A stretch of DNA of 59,062 bases, the filler included, from Sluysia triapertura (taxonomy: Eukaryota): the NCBI GenBank assembly GCA_046118255.1. It is 4 parts of 4 records of this genome, joined end to end, with 100 filler letters (N's around TTAATTAATTAA, not from the genome) between each part and the next. Parts side by side here need not be neighbours in the genome. Positions count along the whole stretch, not along the records: positions 24,926 to 47,761 come from JBJNIA010215141.1; 3 more parts are not named here. One strand, given 5' to 3'. A model generated the notes under the pieces. It ran no database searches. It was not told the DNA's origin and saw only the letters and a program-made list of their open reading frames with translations. Below, in pieces: positions 26,582-38,725 of this stretch (positions are counted from its first letter, which is position 1; every line of letters starts with the position of its first letter). The position numbers and the translations under genes are program-made.

Positions 26582-27710
26582 AGCCATCTGTGAAATATTC
26601 ATTTTATTATTACGTATTTTTCAAATTGTATTTTTTTATTGTTTAATTTATTCGATTTTCCAAATTTACTCGTCTCCAAAAATCATTATTTATTTTTTGT
26701 TTTATTATTGCATCAGTTTACACAATAAGAAGACCATTTTCGTAGAACATTTTTCAATGAAGAACGTTTTACGAAATCTGAATAATGTTGATAATCAATT
26801 TTAAATCATAATGTCAGTAATTCGTTGCTGTTTTAGATCAGTAGAAACAATTTGCCACGTTTCTATTATATAACCTATGCATGTCTTTGTAAATTATAAT
26901 AAGCTTATTTTGTAAATATTTATATCAATATTTATTAATATTATTTTATGTACATAGTACATAAACTGATTATAAATTTTAAAAAATCATTTCAATTTTA
27001 AATTATTCCTTGCAATTATTTACACAAAAGTACTTTTCAATGTTAATATATTTTTAATTTTTGTAAAATTTTAAACTAGATCAACGCATTTATAGATTTA
27101 TATTTGAATTACTTTTTTTTAAAGTATTTATTTTGAACATTGTTTGATGTTAAGTTAAATGGCCGGGTTAAATTTGGGCGTTTGGTATAAAAAATTTCTA
27201 CATTTTTAAAAGCTACATTATTATAAATAGGATTAAAAAACTTGGACTTAAGGCCCGCTCCAACTTTTCAAATTCTATTATCAAAAACGAATCTATTAAA
27301 TACGGACTTAAGTTCCTTTTTATTATTCAAATTTAATAATTTCAAAACATTATTAAAAGTCGGCTTTTCACATTATAAAAATCATGAAATTTAAATCGAA
27401 AACAAAGCTAAATTTAAAATAAAACTTAATCACACGTATAAGAGTTACATCTAAAGCGTCGTATTTTAAATAAGGATTTCCAATACATTTACCAATTAAA
27501 TCACAAGGTTTTCTTACTAAGTAGATTAAGTAAAGTGAAATTATGCAAACGACTTTAAAACTAAAATTCTGTGCTGAAGCCCTTAATTGAGCAAGTCTTG
27601 TACTATAGGCAGAATTTCCACATTTTTAGAATAGAAATTATGCTAGGTAGGTATTTAGAATAAAACTACAACTCTTGTGATATGGTTTCCTAATGTTAGA
27701 CTTCGTAAAA

Positions 27711-27739
27711 TGGACTGACCGGGGATCGAACCCGGGACC
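27711..27739 (-). pseudogene. 3' portion of a tRNA (probably tRNA-Ala)
   Basis: Minus strand GGTCCCGGGTTCGATCCCCGG-TCAGTCC-A: perfect T arm, 7-nt acceptor strand with U70, discriminator A, then TTTT (Pol III terminator-like). The 5' half is absent. Confidence 0.75.
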
Positions 27740-27740
27740 A

Positions 27741-27995
27741 TTTCTTCCATAGAGGAAGAAATGGAGAAGTGGGTTATTGAAGTGATTGTTGAAGAAGAGA
27801 ATGAAGTGGAAGAAGCTGATTTAGTTAATCTTGATCCTATGATTGCCAAATGCTTTGATTGAGATGTGGATAATGAAAATTTTGATGGATTTAATGAGGA
27901 GAAACTTTAATAAATGAAAATTGAGAAGTTCTAATTTTATTGTTTCTTTGGGTGCGCCTTATACACTGATGCGCCTTATAGGTCGAAAAATACGG
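27741..27995 (+). mobile_element. 3' end of a pogo/Tc2-type transposon
   Basis: Acidic transposase tail EEENEVEEADL...DNENFDGFNEEKL*, then the TIR GCGCCTTATA..GCGCCTTATAGGTCGAAAAATACGG followed by TA. Confidence 0.8.
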
Positions 27996-27996
27996 T

Positions 27997-28550
27997 AATT
28001 AATCTATTTTTAGACTTAATCTTATTCTTTGTTTAAAGGTTTTATTGAGGTTCTAAAATTATTTGATAGTTTATAAGGCATTTAGGAGGCTCTAGATGTT
28101 TTCACCTTCACCTCTCTGATTCCTTTTTTACTTCTTCGTGTTAATTATTACTTTATTTAGATTTATTCTCAATACCAATACCAATAATTTTGTTTCTCAA
28201 CTATTTTAAAGATTTTAAATACTTTATAAGATTACTAAAGAATCTCAAATGCTCTTCGATGTTCCAAGATACTTAAAAGTTACTAAGGTCTTAAATGATC
28301 CAAAGGTTCTAAAGTTCAAAAGTATCTTAATGATTCTAAAGATTTTTCAAGTCCATCTCAAGCTTCCATAAGGTCTCAAAACCTTACATATGTCTTTGGA
28401 ACTCCATGGTATTCTTTAACTATTAACATTATTACAGATGTTTACCATGTTTAATTCATCACTTTGTATCAAGTTTTCCTTCATTTAATAGTTCTACATA
28501 TTTCTCACTCATCTTTTGATCTACAATTGGGCAAGCCCAACAATAACAAT
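27997..28550. repeat. Dispersed repeat family B
   Basis: Reverse-complement similarity to ~34890-35236 (AATTAATCTATTTTTAGA.TTAA.CTTA) and direct similarity to ~46270-46530. Confidence 0.65.
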
Positions 28551-28689
28551 AGTCAATATAATTGTAGACTGTTCGGTGTCATCGATATTTATGAAATCAA
28601 TTTTTTAATTAAATTAACAAATCACCTCTACGTCAATAATTATTTAAATAAATAAATTATCATTACCAATAGAAATAACAATGTGACAC

Positions 28690-29000
28690 GGCCAGTAGAC
28701 CTAGCATATGCAACCAAGTGGACTAAATTTTTATTAAATCGCACAATCTGATCGGTGCTCCGTAAAATGTGTATTACCGCTGATAAATACTAATCTCACT
28801 GAGTCAGACAGATATGGCTATAGTTATGGTATATTGTTGACAGTAAAATATATATTGAAATTGTTGGAGTACATGCATAAAGTTTCGTGGTATAAATGAC
28901 TATAATATAATAAAATTGTAAACACATAATGAAGTCAAAACTGATGGGTTGACATTATAAACATATACTGGAGTTCCAAAGAATTACACATGCAGTTAAT
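28690..29000 (+). mobile_element. Possible decayed LTR-retrotransposon integrase remnant
   Basis: LNRTI*SVLRKMC and YTGVPK resemble Gypsy integrase NRT...mLrk and G.Pk motifs; heavily degraded. Confidence 0.3.
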
Positions 29001-32000
29001 ATAAGTAAGTAAATAAATAAATAAAGTAATAAATAACAATCAAATTGAAATTGTATAAATAATCATTTTAAAATGAGATTCCACAAAGAATAATATGAAA
29101 TTAAAATTTTTTAATATTAAACCTTACTATTGTAGTTAAGAAATTACCTTAAAATAAGAATTAATAATAACAAATTTTAAATTAATAAAATCAAAAAAGT
29201 CAATCAAAATTATCTTAAAAATACGATTTAAAATTTTACATAAAAAATAAAATCATATTAAATTGAGATTGAATAGATCTAGTATGTAATTAAAAATTAA
29301 CAAAATTATTCTCGCTCAAAATTAACTTAAATTAAAGATGTAACAAAATAATATTGACTGGAAATAATTATTGTAAATAAATGAGATAATAATATTGATT
29401 TTTTACTATTACTGTTATTACTGTTATTTTTGTTATTATAACTAATTGATTGAAATAATTATTACATTAATTTTGTTAGATTGTTGATTGAAAATAATTT
29501 GAATTAATGTTATTTGACTGTAACAAATTGATTTTAATAACTACTATTAATTTGACTGGAAATAATTAGTATAACTACAGCGAGATTGTGTCGACAAACG
29601 TAGGGAGAATATCTGAAGATATTGAACATTTCTATAACAATTCTGAAGGTATTGGAAATTCTTATACAATGTAAGAATTATTTTCAGTCTCAAACAGAGT
29701 ACATAGAATTAATTAGGTAAAATTCAATACAGATTAGGATTAACAAATGAATAAAATTTGTATAAAGTAAGTAAATAAATTCAGTAATATAAAATAAAAT
29801 TTTAATGCTGTACTGAATATTGGAATGTGTACAAAAAATTTAAATAAATAAACTTTAAAGATTTGGAATTTCTATTGAGCACTTCTATCTCGAACAAGTA
29901 AGACGAGTATTCGAGTTTACACTTCCAGATAAAACAAATATAATAGATAAAGTGCAGATATCACTTACAGAGTTAGTTAATTGAGCGATTTATATTAATA
30001 AAAGATTGTACCTCCAGTTAAATCCAAGAAGGAACATAAAGTGAGAATATTATTAAAGAAGTTTAGATGATTACCAGATGATTATATCATTGTCATTATA
30101 TTATCGTTGTTGTCTTTTTCCTTCTATTTTATTATTCTATTATTTTTATTCTTTTTTATCGCAATTGGTTTTTTCCGATTTCTGCAAATTGTATCTGTTT
30201 TGAAAAGTATTAAAAAGAAATATTTAAATAATGCTACAGATAATTTAATATCGTAGAAGAAGAAATAATAAAGAATAAAGTAGAAAAAGGTTTCATTTTT
30301 ATATATTTTATGTAAGTATTATGTATTTTTATTTTTATTTTTATTTCCATTAAATTTTATTATTGTTATTATTATTATTATTATATTTTATGTATAATTT
30401 ATTTTTATGTAATAATTTATATAATTATTACTTTTTGTTTTAATAATAATTTATGTTATAAAAATGTAAAACTGATGTTTTATTATTCGATACATTAAGA
30501 TTTTTATAATTGTTAAAATACTATCCTCAAATTTTGGTAAATCTTGACAAGTGCCACATTATTAATTCGCATAAGCAATTTAAAATAGGTAATGGACTAT
30601 TTTGTACCAAAGAAAATGAAAATATTCAGTCATACACATTAATATCTTTTTATTTAAAATTCAAAAAGCGTGCAAAGTTATTTATAAGACAAGTTTAAAG
30701 AGAACTAATGATTATTGTATACTAGCTTTAAATTGATGAATTTTCAAAATGCTACTAAACTGTGTCATATATCACCTGATGAGTCTCAGTCTCGCCGAAA
30801 TGATGCTCACGAATGTGAAGTTACTTTTGCTATTATTAAAGTTTGTTTGCATTTTTTGATAAAATTTAAAAGATATTTGAAATATTTCGTGGCACGATAA
30901 CTAATTCTGAAACTAGTATACATATAGAATGTGATAATGATTAAAAAATTAACTAGTTATGTTTTTATTAAATTCACTAATGATGACGAAACGGTTATCT
31001 TTTATTAAAGGTGTCGTTACGAGAATTGAAAAGTATACTCTAGAAAGATTTGAAACCTTAACAGAACCACCAGACTTAAAATCATATACGACCCATTTTA
31101 TATTATTTTGCCAAGCATCTCTAAAAAGAATTTTTTAAAGTTAGTGATTTTAGCCGAGTTAAGTGAAAACTTTTACTTAGGTTACAAACTTTGTGTTTGG
31201 AGCACTTTGTAGTGGAAATTTTAAAAAATTGTAGTTGTTTACAAACCTTGTGCTTAATGCACGAATTAATAAAATATTTAGTAAAATATTGAAGAGTTAA
31301 AAATTAAATTATATTCACTAAAATGGGTAAAGTTATCGAATACAAAAAGTTTGTTTTCATAATTTTTGTTGGATACGTCGTTTTCCTTTCCAGACCTTTT
31401 GTTTGACCGCACCTGAACAAGTTTAAGATAATAAAATAATTGTACAATGTAACCTCTGAAAATTGGCAATCTTCAGAATCCGGTCATTTTCATAAACTAA
31501 ATACCCAAAGCACATATTTGTATCATCCAAATCTTCGAACATTTGCACTTCAAAATTTTGAAATGATCCGTAGGGGCTCCATGGATTTCGGATAGTGTAA
31601 ATACATTCACGACAGACTGATCCGATAAATTCAGTAGCTTTCGTGGTTTCAAGAAGGCAAACGGTAACTGGCTTCGTGGCCACTCACATACCTCCTTCGT
31701 TAAAATTCAAACGTACTTTATACTCTTTAATATTTAAACTTTTTTCGCTTGAAAGTGATAGTTCGATTAATTCCAATATCCTATCATTCATATACTCATC
31801 ATAAACTGCAGCATTAAATTTAAAATAATGCAAATATTCATCCTCATAAATATATAACTTTTTGGCGCTTTTAGCAACTGACTCAATTTCGATTCTGCAA
31901 TTTTAGGTTCAGCTTCACTGACAGGTTTAGCACTAAAATAAACATAGGCTTATTCATCTGTCATGTACCTTTGGTCATTGGCCGGTATTTATAAAAATGT

Positions 32001-34466
32001 GGTTCACGAGAACATTTAAATCTTGATTTCCACTCTCTCTCGGAGGTGGATCAGTGGATGACTTTCTTACGCCGTCATCATCATTATTCATATTAACTAC
32101 CCCTCTAAAATTACGGCTATTTGACATAGTAAAGCAGCACCATAAGGCAACAATATCGTCACTTCTGCCCATAGGATTTATCCTACTTGTAAGAGACTCA
32201 CCTGAAAAGTTCAAACTTGGTTTAGTTGTAACAGTTTTAACAGACAGTGTTTTTACATTTATCATCATTTTCGAATTTTTCGTACATTAAAACAAATATC
32301 ATAATAAAGATAAAATTAAAAATATTTATAAAAATAATAATGAAAATAACAATAAAAATAAAATTAAAAATATTAATAAAAAATAATAATGAAAACAACA
32401 ATAAAATAACAATAGAATGACAAAAAAAATAAAAATGAAATTAAAAATTTTAATAAAAATAATCAAAAAACCACGACTGAACCACACCAAAATTGCAACC
32501 ACGGCAAAAACAATAGTGAACATTCACAACTACATGCAATACCAGAGTTGTGATGTACCCGTTGGATGTGGCACGATTTCAGTAATAACAAAGCGTGTGA
32601 CCGTGTTCTACTTCCTAATATGAACTATTGATTCGACATGCAGTTGAAATTTAAGTTGTGGTTTTATTATTTTAGGTCTATGAATTTCAGTTTTATTTGT
32701 TATGATTTCATGTTCGTGTAATAAGCTGAATTTGAGTTTGTGTATGTACGTGTATGTATGCGATGAGAAAGAAAGGAGTTTGATAAGTGTTGAACACCAA
32801 AGTGATATTCTTTTAAAGAATATAATTTTTGTTATAAAACTTGAAAAAATAAATGTATTATTTGATTATTATTATTATTATATTATTAGTTACATTTTTG
32901 CGTAAATATATGGAATTTAGTTTTTATTTATTATTTCGTGAAAAAAGTAGATATAAATAAAGTATGATAGAAACAACAATAAAAGTAATGATAGAATCAA
33001 GATTAAAGACAGTAATAACTAAAGGTCCTCGAGGTATTATACATCAAATACAAATTATTGTGAAAAAACCGAAATGATTTAATTCTAAAAAGTAAATTTA
33101 AATTCATTATTTCTTGTATGTTACACCATACTCTGATGATTATTACTTTAATGTGAGACGTATTTTATTTTATTGTTAATTAAAATGTTGTTTATGGGAC
33201 GATTCATTATTTGTGAAATTTACAGTTGTTTTAAACATTTTTATTTGTTAATTAATTGAAGGGTAAACTTGATTAGTAGTTTTTGTTTTAGAAGAGATTA
33301 TTAGTAAATTGTATTTTATTTTCCATTATATTCCATAATACCAAAGCTGTACAAAATGATGGTTTATATGCAAAGAAGAAAAATGGTGATCACAAAAAAG
33401 AATAAATTGTTTGTCAGTTCGATGGATTGTTATTCATATTACTGAGACCAGTTGCTGGAGCTGGAGTTATTGGATTTCGGATTTAGGGATATCTGAAAAG
33501 GATGTGATTGATGTATATTCTGTGTGACATTTTTACCATACAAAATGTAATGTCCACTAAGATTTTGTTGATTTCTGATTTGAGGAAATTGAAGGTTTTA
33601 AGAATATTAAAATTTTCAGGATAAATAGTGAAAGATTATAAAATAAACTTTAGAGCGAGAAACTTTAGATAAGGGAGGTATTTAAGAAAATTTTCTTTAT
33701 GGATAGAAGGAAAGGTATCAAATTCTTAAAGACAACCAAATTTACAGTATTTTTCGGGAAGTTTCCTCTTCATCTATTTATCGAGATTTACAAACTGAAT
33801 TAATTTTGTTTTTGAGTTAAGAAATTAAAACTCGTAACGTATGTACTTCTACAATTTTAGAAAATCTTGATATATTTGATATATATACTTTCAGTCATCC
33901 TTTGACGATCCCACCGTAATAAGTATTCATTTCAATAAAAAAATCTTCATAAATCTTTTAGACATACAAAATGTTTCTCGAATATATCCGCTATGATTTT
34001 AGTGTGTAGATCTATTTTTATATTTAAAATTAAATTTCGATAAAATATTTAATTAAATGGTAACAAGTTTTAAGAATTTATTTTTGACATTTGGTGGCAT
34101 TTTCAGGACTTACATAATACTTATATTTGTAAGTTGTTATGATTTTCAATTCTGTTTTTGCTTTTAACATTAACCAATGTGGTTCTTTACGATGGAGATT
34201 TGTGTGGAATATTCTTCTTACGTGGAAAATTAGTTATTATTAATTGTGATTATTGCACTTCTACGTGGAATAGATTACAATATATCATTGTTAAAATTTA
34301 TGTTATTAGTTATCAATGACATTTTGAAATATAGTCTAGTTTATTATTATTGTGAATGACATATTTATTATGAGTTACGATGATCTAGATTCTCGTAATG
34401 TAAGCATCTATTGATTATTACTAGAATGTATTTATAACCAATGCAATTCTTTAAGAAAGGATGCAC

Positions 34467-35280
34467 TGTTAGGTTGATGTTATTATATAGGGTTATTTTT
34501 ATTTAGGATGTCCAAGATCAGACATTTTCCCCGGGAATGAGACGTGATGGAATGTCCTAGCTGTGAAATTGAAAAATGATCATAATAAAGAAGATGAAGG
34601 CATTCATGATCGTTTTGGAGTTCCAATGATCTTGAGGAAGCTTAAGATGTGTTCGAAAAATGTTATGAAACGTTTAGATAACCTTGAACTTGTGGGCCTT
34701 AATATCGAGAAGTCACATTTTAATTAATTCTCGATTTTGGAACTGTTGAATTTCTAATACTTAGAATGATGAATTGAATATGAGATGATTGCTATTGTAA
34801 AGATTGCCAAATTCCAAAGTCTATAAAGAATTGATACAAAATAATGAATATAACATTATAAACATTGTTAGAATAAGAATAATGAAGATGGAAACATTTG
34901 TGGTAATATTGAGATCTGATGATTATGTTGGTGTTACAAGGCTTTATAAGGTATTAAAACCTTTTATAAAGTTTTAGATGGATTTGAAAACGTTTTGGGG
35001 TGAAGGAGAATCATTGAATCAGTGAATCTTGAGAGTAATTAAGACCTTATTAACTTTTAAGAATATATGAGACTTTTGTGTAACTTTATAAAATATTTGA
35101 GAAATAAAATCAATGTTACTAATATTGAAGATAAATTTGAAGGTAAAGACATCAAATAAGAACCTCCTGAATCCCTTATAGAGTATAGGATAATTTTAGA
35201 ACAAAAAATAAGGTTAAATCTAAAAATAGATTAATTAATTAAAATCTTAATTAAGGAAAAATACTTTTGTGTGAATAACG
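34467..35280. repeat. Dispersed repeat family B, longer copy (possible LTR)
   Basis: Begins TGTTAGGTTG and ends AATAACG; the distal part is the inverse of 27997-28550; no TSD seen. Confidence 0.5.
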
Positions 35281-36679
35281 TTTAAATGGAGTCTGCTATG
35301 TCAAAGTTGTAATTGTCTATGTGTTTTTTAAAAAGACCTTTCTATGAAGATATATAGTGACCAAGTTCAAGCAAAGTCAAATTTTAATTCTTAGTTATGC
35401 AATATTGAAGTTTTCATGCTTACAATGATTAAGAGATATTGAATTTAGTAGAAGAGAAGAATATGGAAGTGAGTGAGAAATTTTTTTAGAATGATATGTT
35501 TTTGAATAAGAAACGTAAACATTTTCCATTGGAAAATTGGGTGTAATAAACCGAAAATCAATTATAATATTATTTTTATGCATCTTAACAATATTAGTGA
35601 TTGTAACTTTAATGTGAGAAGTAATTTAAGTAAAAATAGATCGAGTAGAAGACAATAATAGATGATCTTAAATTAGTTTTTTGTGTTTTGTATCTGGTAA
35701 AGTTTGACAAACTGTACCATGTAACTGTCAAAGTTATTATTGTCGATATAATTCTCAAAGGATGCTGTAATGATTTGTGTGAAAGAATATTTGATTGTAA
35801 AACTCAGGAATGATGGGATGATGAAAAAGTGTAAAGGAAATATTTTGGAATAGCGAATAATCCTAAATCGCTATACAAACATATTCAGGTATTTGGTAAT
35901 ATTTTTGTTTTATATTTATAATTTATAATATTTATTTATAAAATAAATAAAATATTTATAATAGTTTTTCAGGAATCGACTACTATTTTAAATGAAGTAA
36001 TTTTAGAATTAAATTGTACTAAGGATTTCGCTTTTTAGTTTTGTTTTTGTTGAGTCGCCTTGGTTTGTTAGTACTAAGTGTGAACTATTATTATTTTTAA
36101 TTGAAATATGAGATATCCATGTTGTATTGAATATAATTGATTTCAAATCTTTTAATCTTACCAAATTTTAAATTTAGTATTAGATTGAAATAAATTAATT
36201 ATTAATAGAGAATTACTACGGAAGTATTCAAGTGATTTGTATTGATGTAAAAGTGAAACGGAATATAATAATTTGTATTTGATTTTGTGATTAATGAATT
36301 CAAATTAAACTAATTATTTATTGAGTTGTTAATGTTTTTAATCTAAATCGAAAAGCGCACCATGAGATCTGTAATTAAAAATAATAATATTATTACAAAA
36401 TAAATTATAATAATACTAATTAATATCATTGATAATTCATAATTAACAATAAGGGAAAACATGAAATTCCGAATCAAAATAAATAATAAATTGTAAATTC
36501 ACCTGCATACCTAGAAAAGAATTGATTACAATTTTGCAAACAATGAGGTCCCAAAATTTATAACCATAATTAGTTAGTTAGTTATTATTATTGTGAAATA
36601 AAAGTTTATGTTTTCTAAGATCATTTAAAATGTCATTACAACAATTTGAAATCATCTTATAAATCGTTTAACATCATTA

Positions 36680-37446
36680 AAAAATATTTTCGAAAAAAGA
36701 AATTTATTTTCCAAAAAATAAATTATTTGTCGAAAAAGTAAAATAAAATTTCAAAAAAGAAAACTCGCTTCTAAAAATAGAATAAAAGCTTCTATAATGT
36801 TCTGGAACATTATAGAACATTCTATCTATTCCTATTGGCTGATGACTAGCATATAAACTAGCATCATTTTAGTGAAAATCGCCATTTTGAAATATAAAAT
36901 GCTTATCTGACATTCTTGATTTTGCTACATCGCCATTTTGGAGTTTTTTTGGAATTTTTTGGTAATTAACAATACATTCGACAGTTTGGTAACATCCACT
37001 GAGCAACAATCATTTAATATTCTTCTAGAACTCCATGCTTTGATAATTTATATATTATTAAGACCAATTTAAACTTCCGAAGTTGAAATTATAAAATATA
37101 CTTAAATTCTCAGTTTTTTTAAATTATTAAGTCCCCGATATATTGAGTGGTAGTATACATTTAAAATAATGCAGATATAAAATATAAAATTTTCTATTAT
37201 CTTTAGTCTTATTATTGTTATAAAATTTTTTACTCTTTTTGCCTAATGCAGTTGGTATTTTGTCTTTATTTAATTAAATCGTCTAATGGAAAGTTATAAA
37301 GTAAATTTCTAAGTAAATTAGTTGAGTGTTTGATAAGGGCCTAACTAAGGATCATTTCTATTATGATAAAATATTAGAATATATAGTTATAGACGTTTAC
37401 TGCAACCGGACCCAGCTCAAAAATAAGTGTTAGAAAAACCACAGCA
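36680..37446 (+). mobile_element. LTR family A, diverged copy 3 (5' boundary uncertain)
   Basis: Shares TTTTCCAAAAAA, ATTGGCTGATGA, CCCGATATATTGAG, AGACGTTTACTG and the terminal AAAACCACAGCA with 7645-8367. Confidence 0.7.
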
Positions 37447-38725
37447 AAAGCACCACCATTGCTACTAGTAACTCTGACAGAATTCTAGACGTCTAGCCAA
37501 CTATCCAAATCGTCAAGCTGTGATACATCTATTCGTAAGTTTTAATTATATAGGTCGTTTTTCTTACTTAATATCAATTATAATATCAATCTTAAAATTA
37601 TAAAATAATCATTAGGTTTTAATCTAATGATATAAAATTTTAGAAGATTCTTTAATTCTGTTGTTTGATAATTATTGATAAAATAAATTGGTTTTATTTA
37701 TACAGATATTATTATTAAGTTGCACTATTATGTTGTACATGTTGCATTAAGTTGTATCCATTGCTATTGATAGTTAGATTGAAATAATACAGTTAGGAAG
37801 GTTTATTTAAAATGACAAACAAGAAAAAGAAAAATTGAATGGACCAACTATTGTAACGAGTAAAATTAATAAAATAATACGTGTAGGAATAGTTGCACCC
37901 TCGTAAAATCCTACAGATAATAAATCGTAGACTACAATTGAACCCATAGTAATAAAAATAGTATTGCCTAAGTATATATTATTTTGAAAATATACATAAT
38001 TTATAGTGTGAATTTAAATTATAATTTTATTTGCACACATTACTTCAAAAATACATAATTTGTTGTATTTATTTGCAAACAAAAGTTTGTGTTTTTAAAC
38101 TACAAATAATAGATCAAATAATAATAGATAGATAAGTTTTAAATTATACTAATGTTAATTTATTTTATAAAATTTGCTTTTCATCTTATTTTCTGCTATT
38201 GTTTTATCATGTATTTAATTTAAAGATGTGTTACATAACATTATAAAGCGGGAAATTTATCAAAAATGAATTAGAAATTTATTATTATTATTATAATTAA
38301 TTGCTTGGAATAAAAATAAAAAACGCAAAACAATAATAATTACGATAAACCTCAAATTTATAACACTATAAACAGGTTTGAAATTTGTAAAAATACTAGG
38401 TAATTATAACCACTTTTTTAAAAAATTCTTTATTAACGTATATTTTTTCATTCATCAACTTATTGAGTTAACAATACAATTATTCTTAAAAATATTATAC
38501 TTTTAGCTTAACTTTTGTAAATTGCATTATAATTTGATTTAGTAAATAAATTAAATATAATATTCGACTCATATAATCTAGTTCAAAATTAAATAAATCG
38601 GTATAGTTCACTTTAGCCCTTTTTAATAAATTTTATAGTTTTTATTGTGTAACTTTATTTCATATGCGATGTGAGATTTTTTGTTTAAATATATCTTATT
38701 TCAATCTATACTCCGTTAATACAAA

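Noticed and set aside
30777-30800. Hammerhead-like core CTGATGAG...CGAAA
   Set aside because: Stem II cannot pair (GTCTC is directly repeated) and there is no convincing stem I/III or cleavage triplet; at best a decayed remnant.
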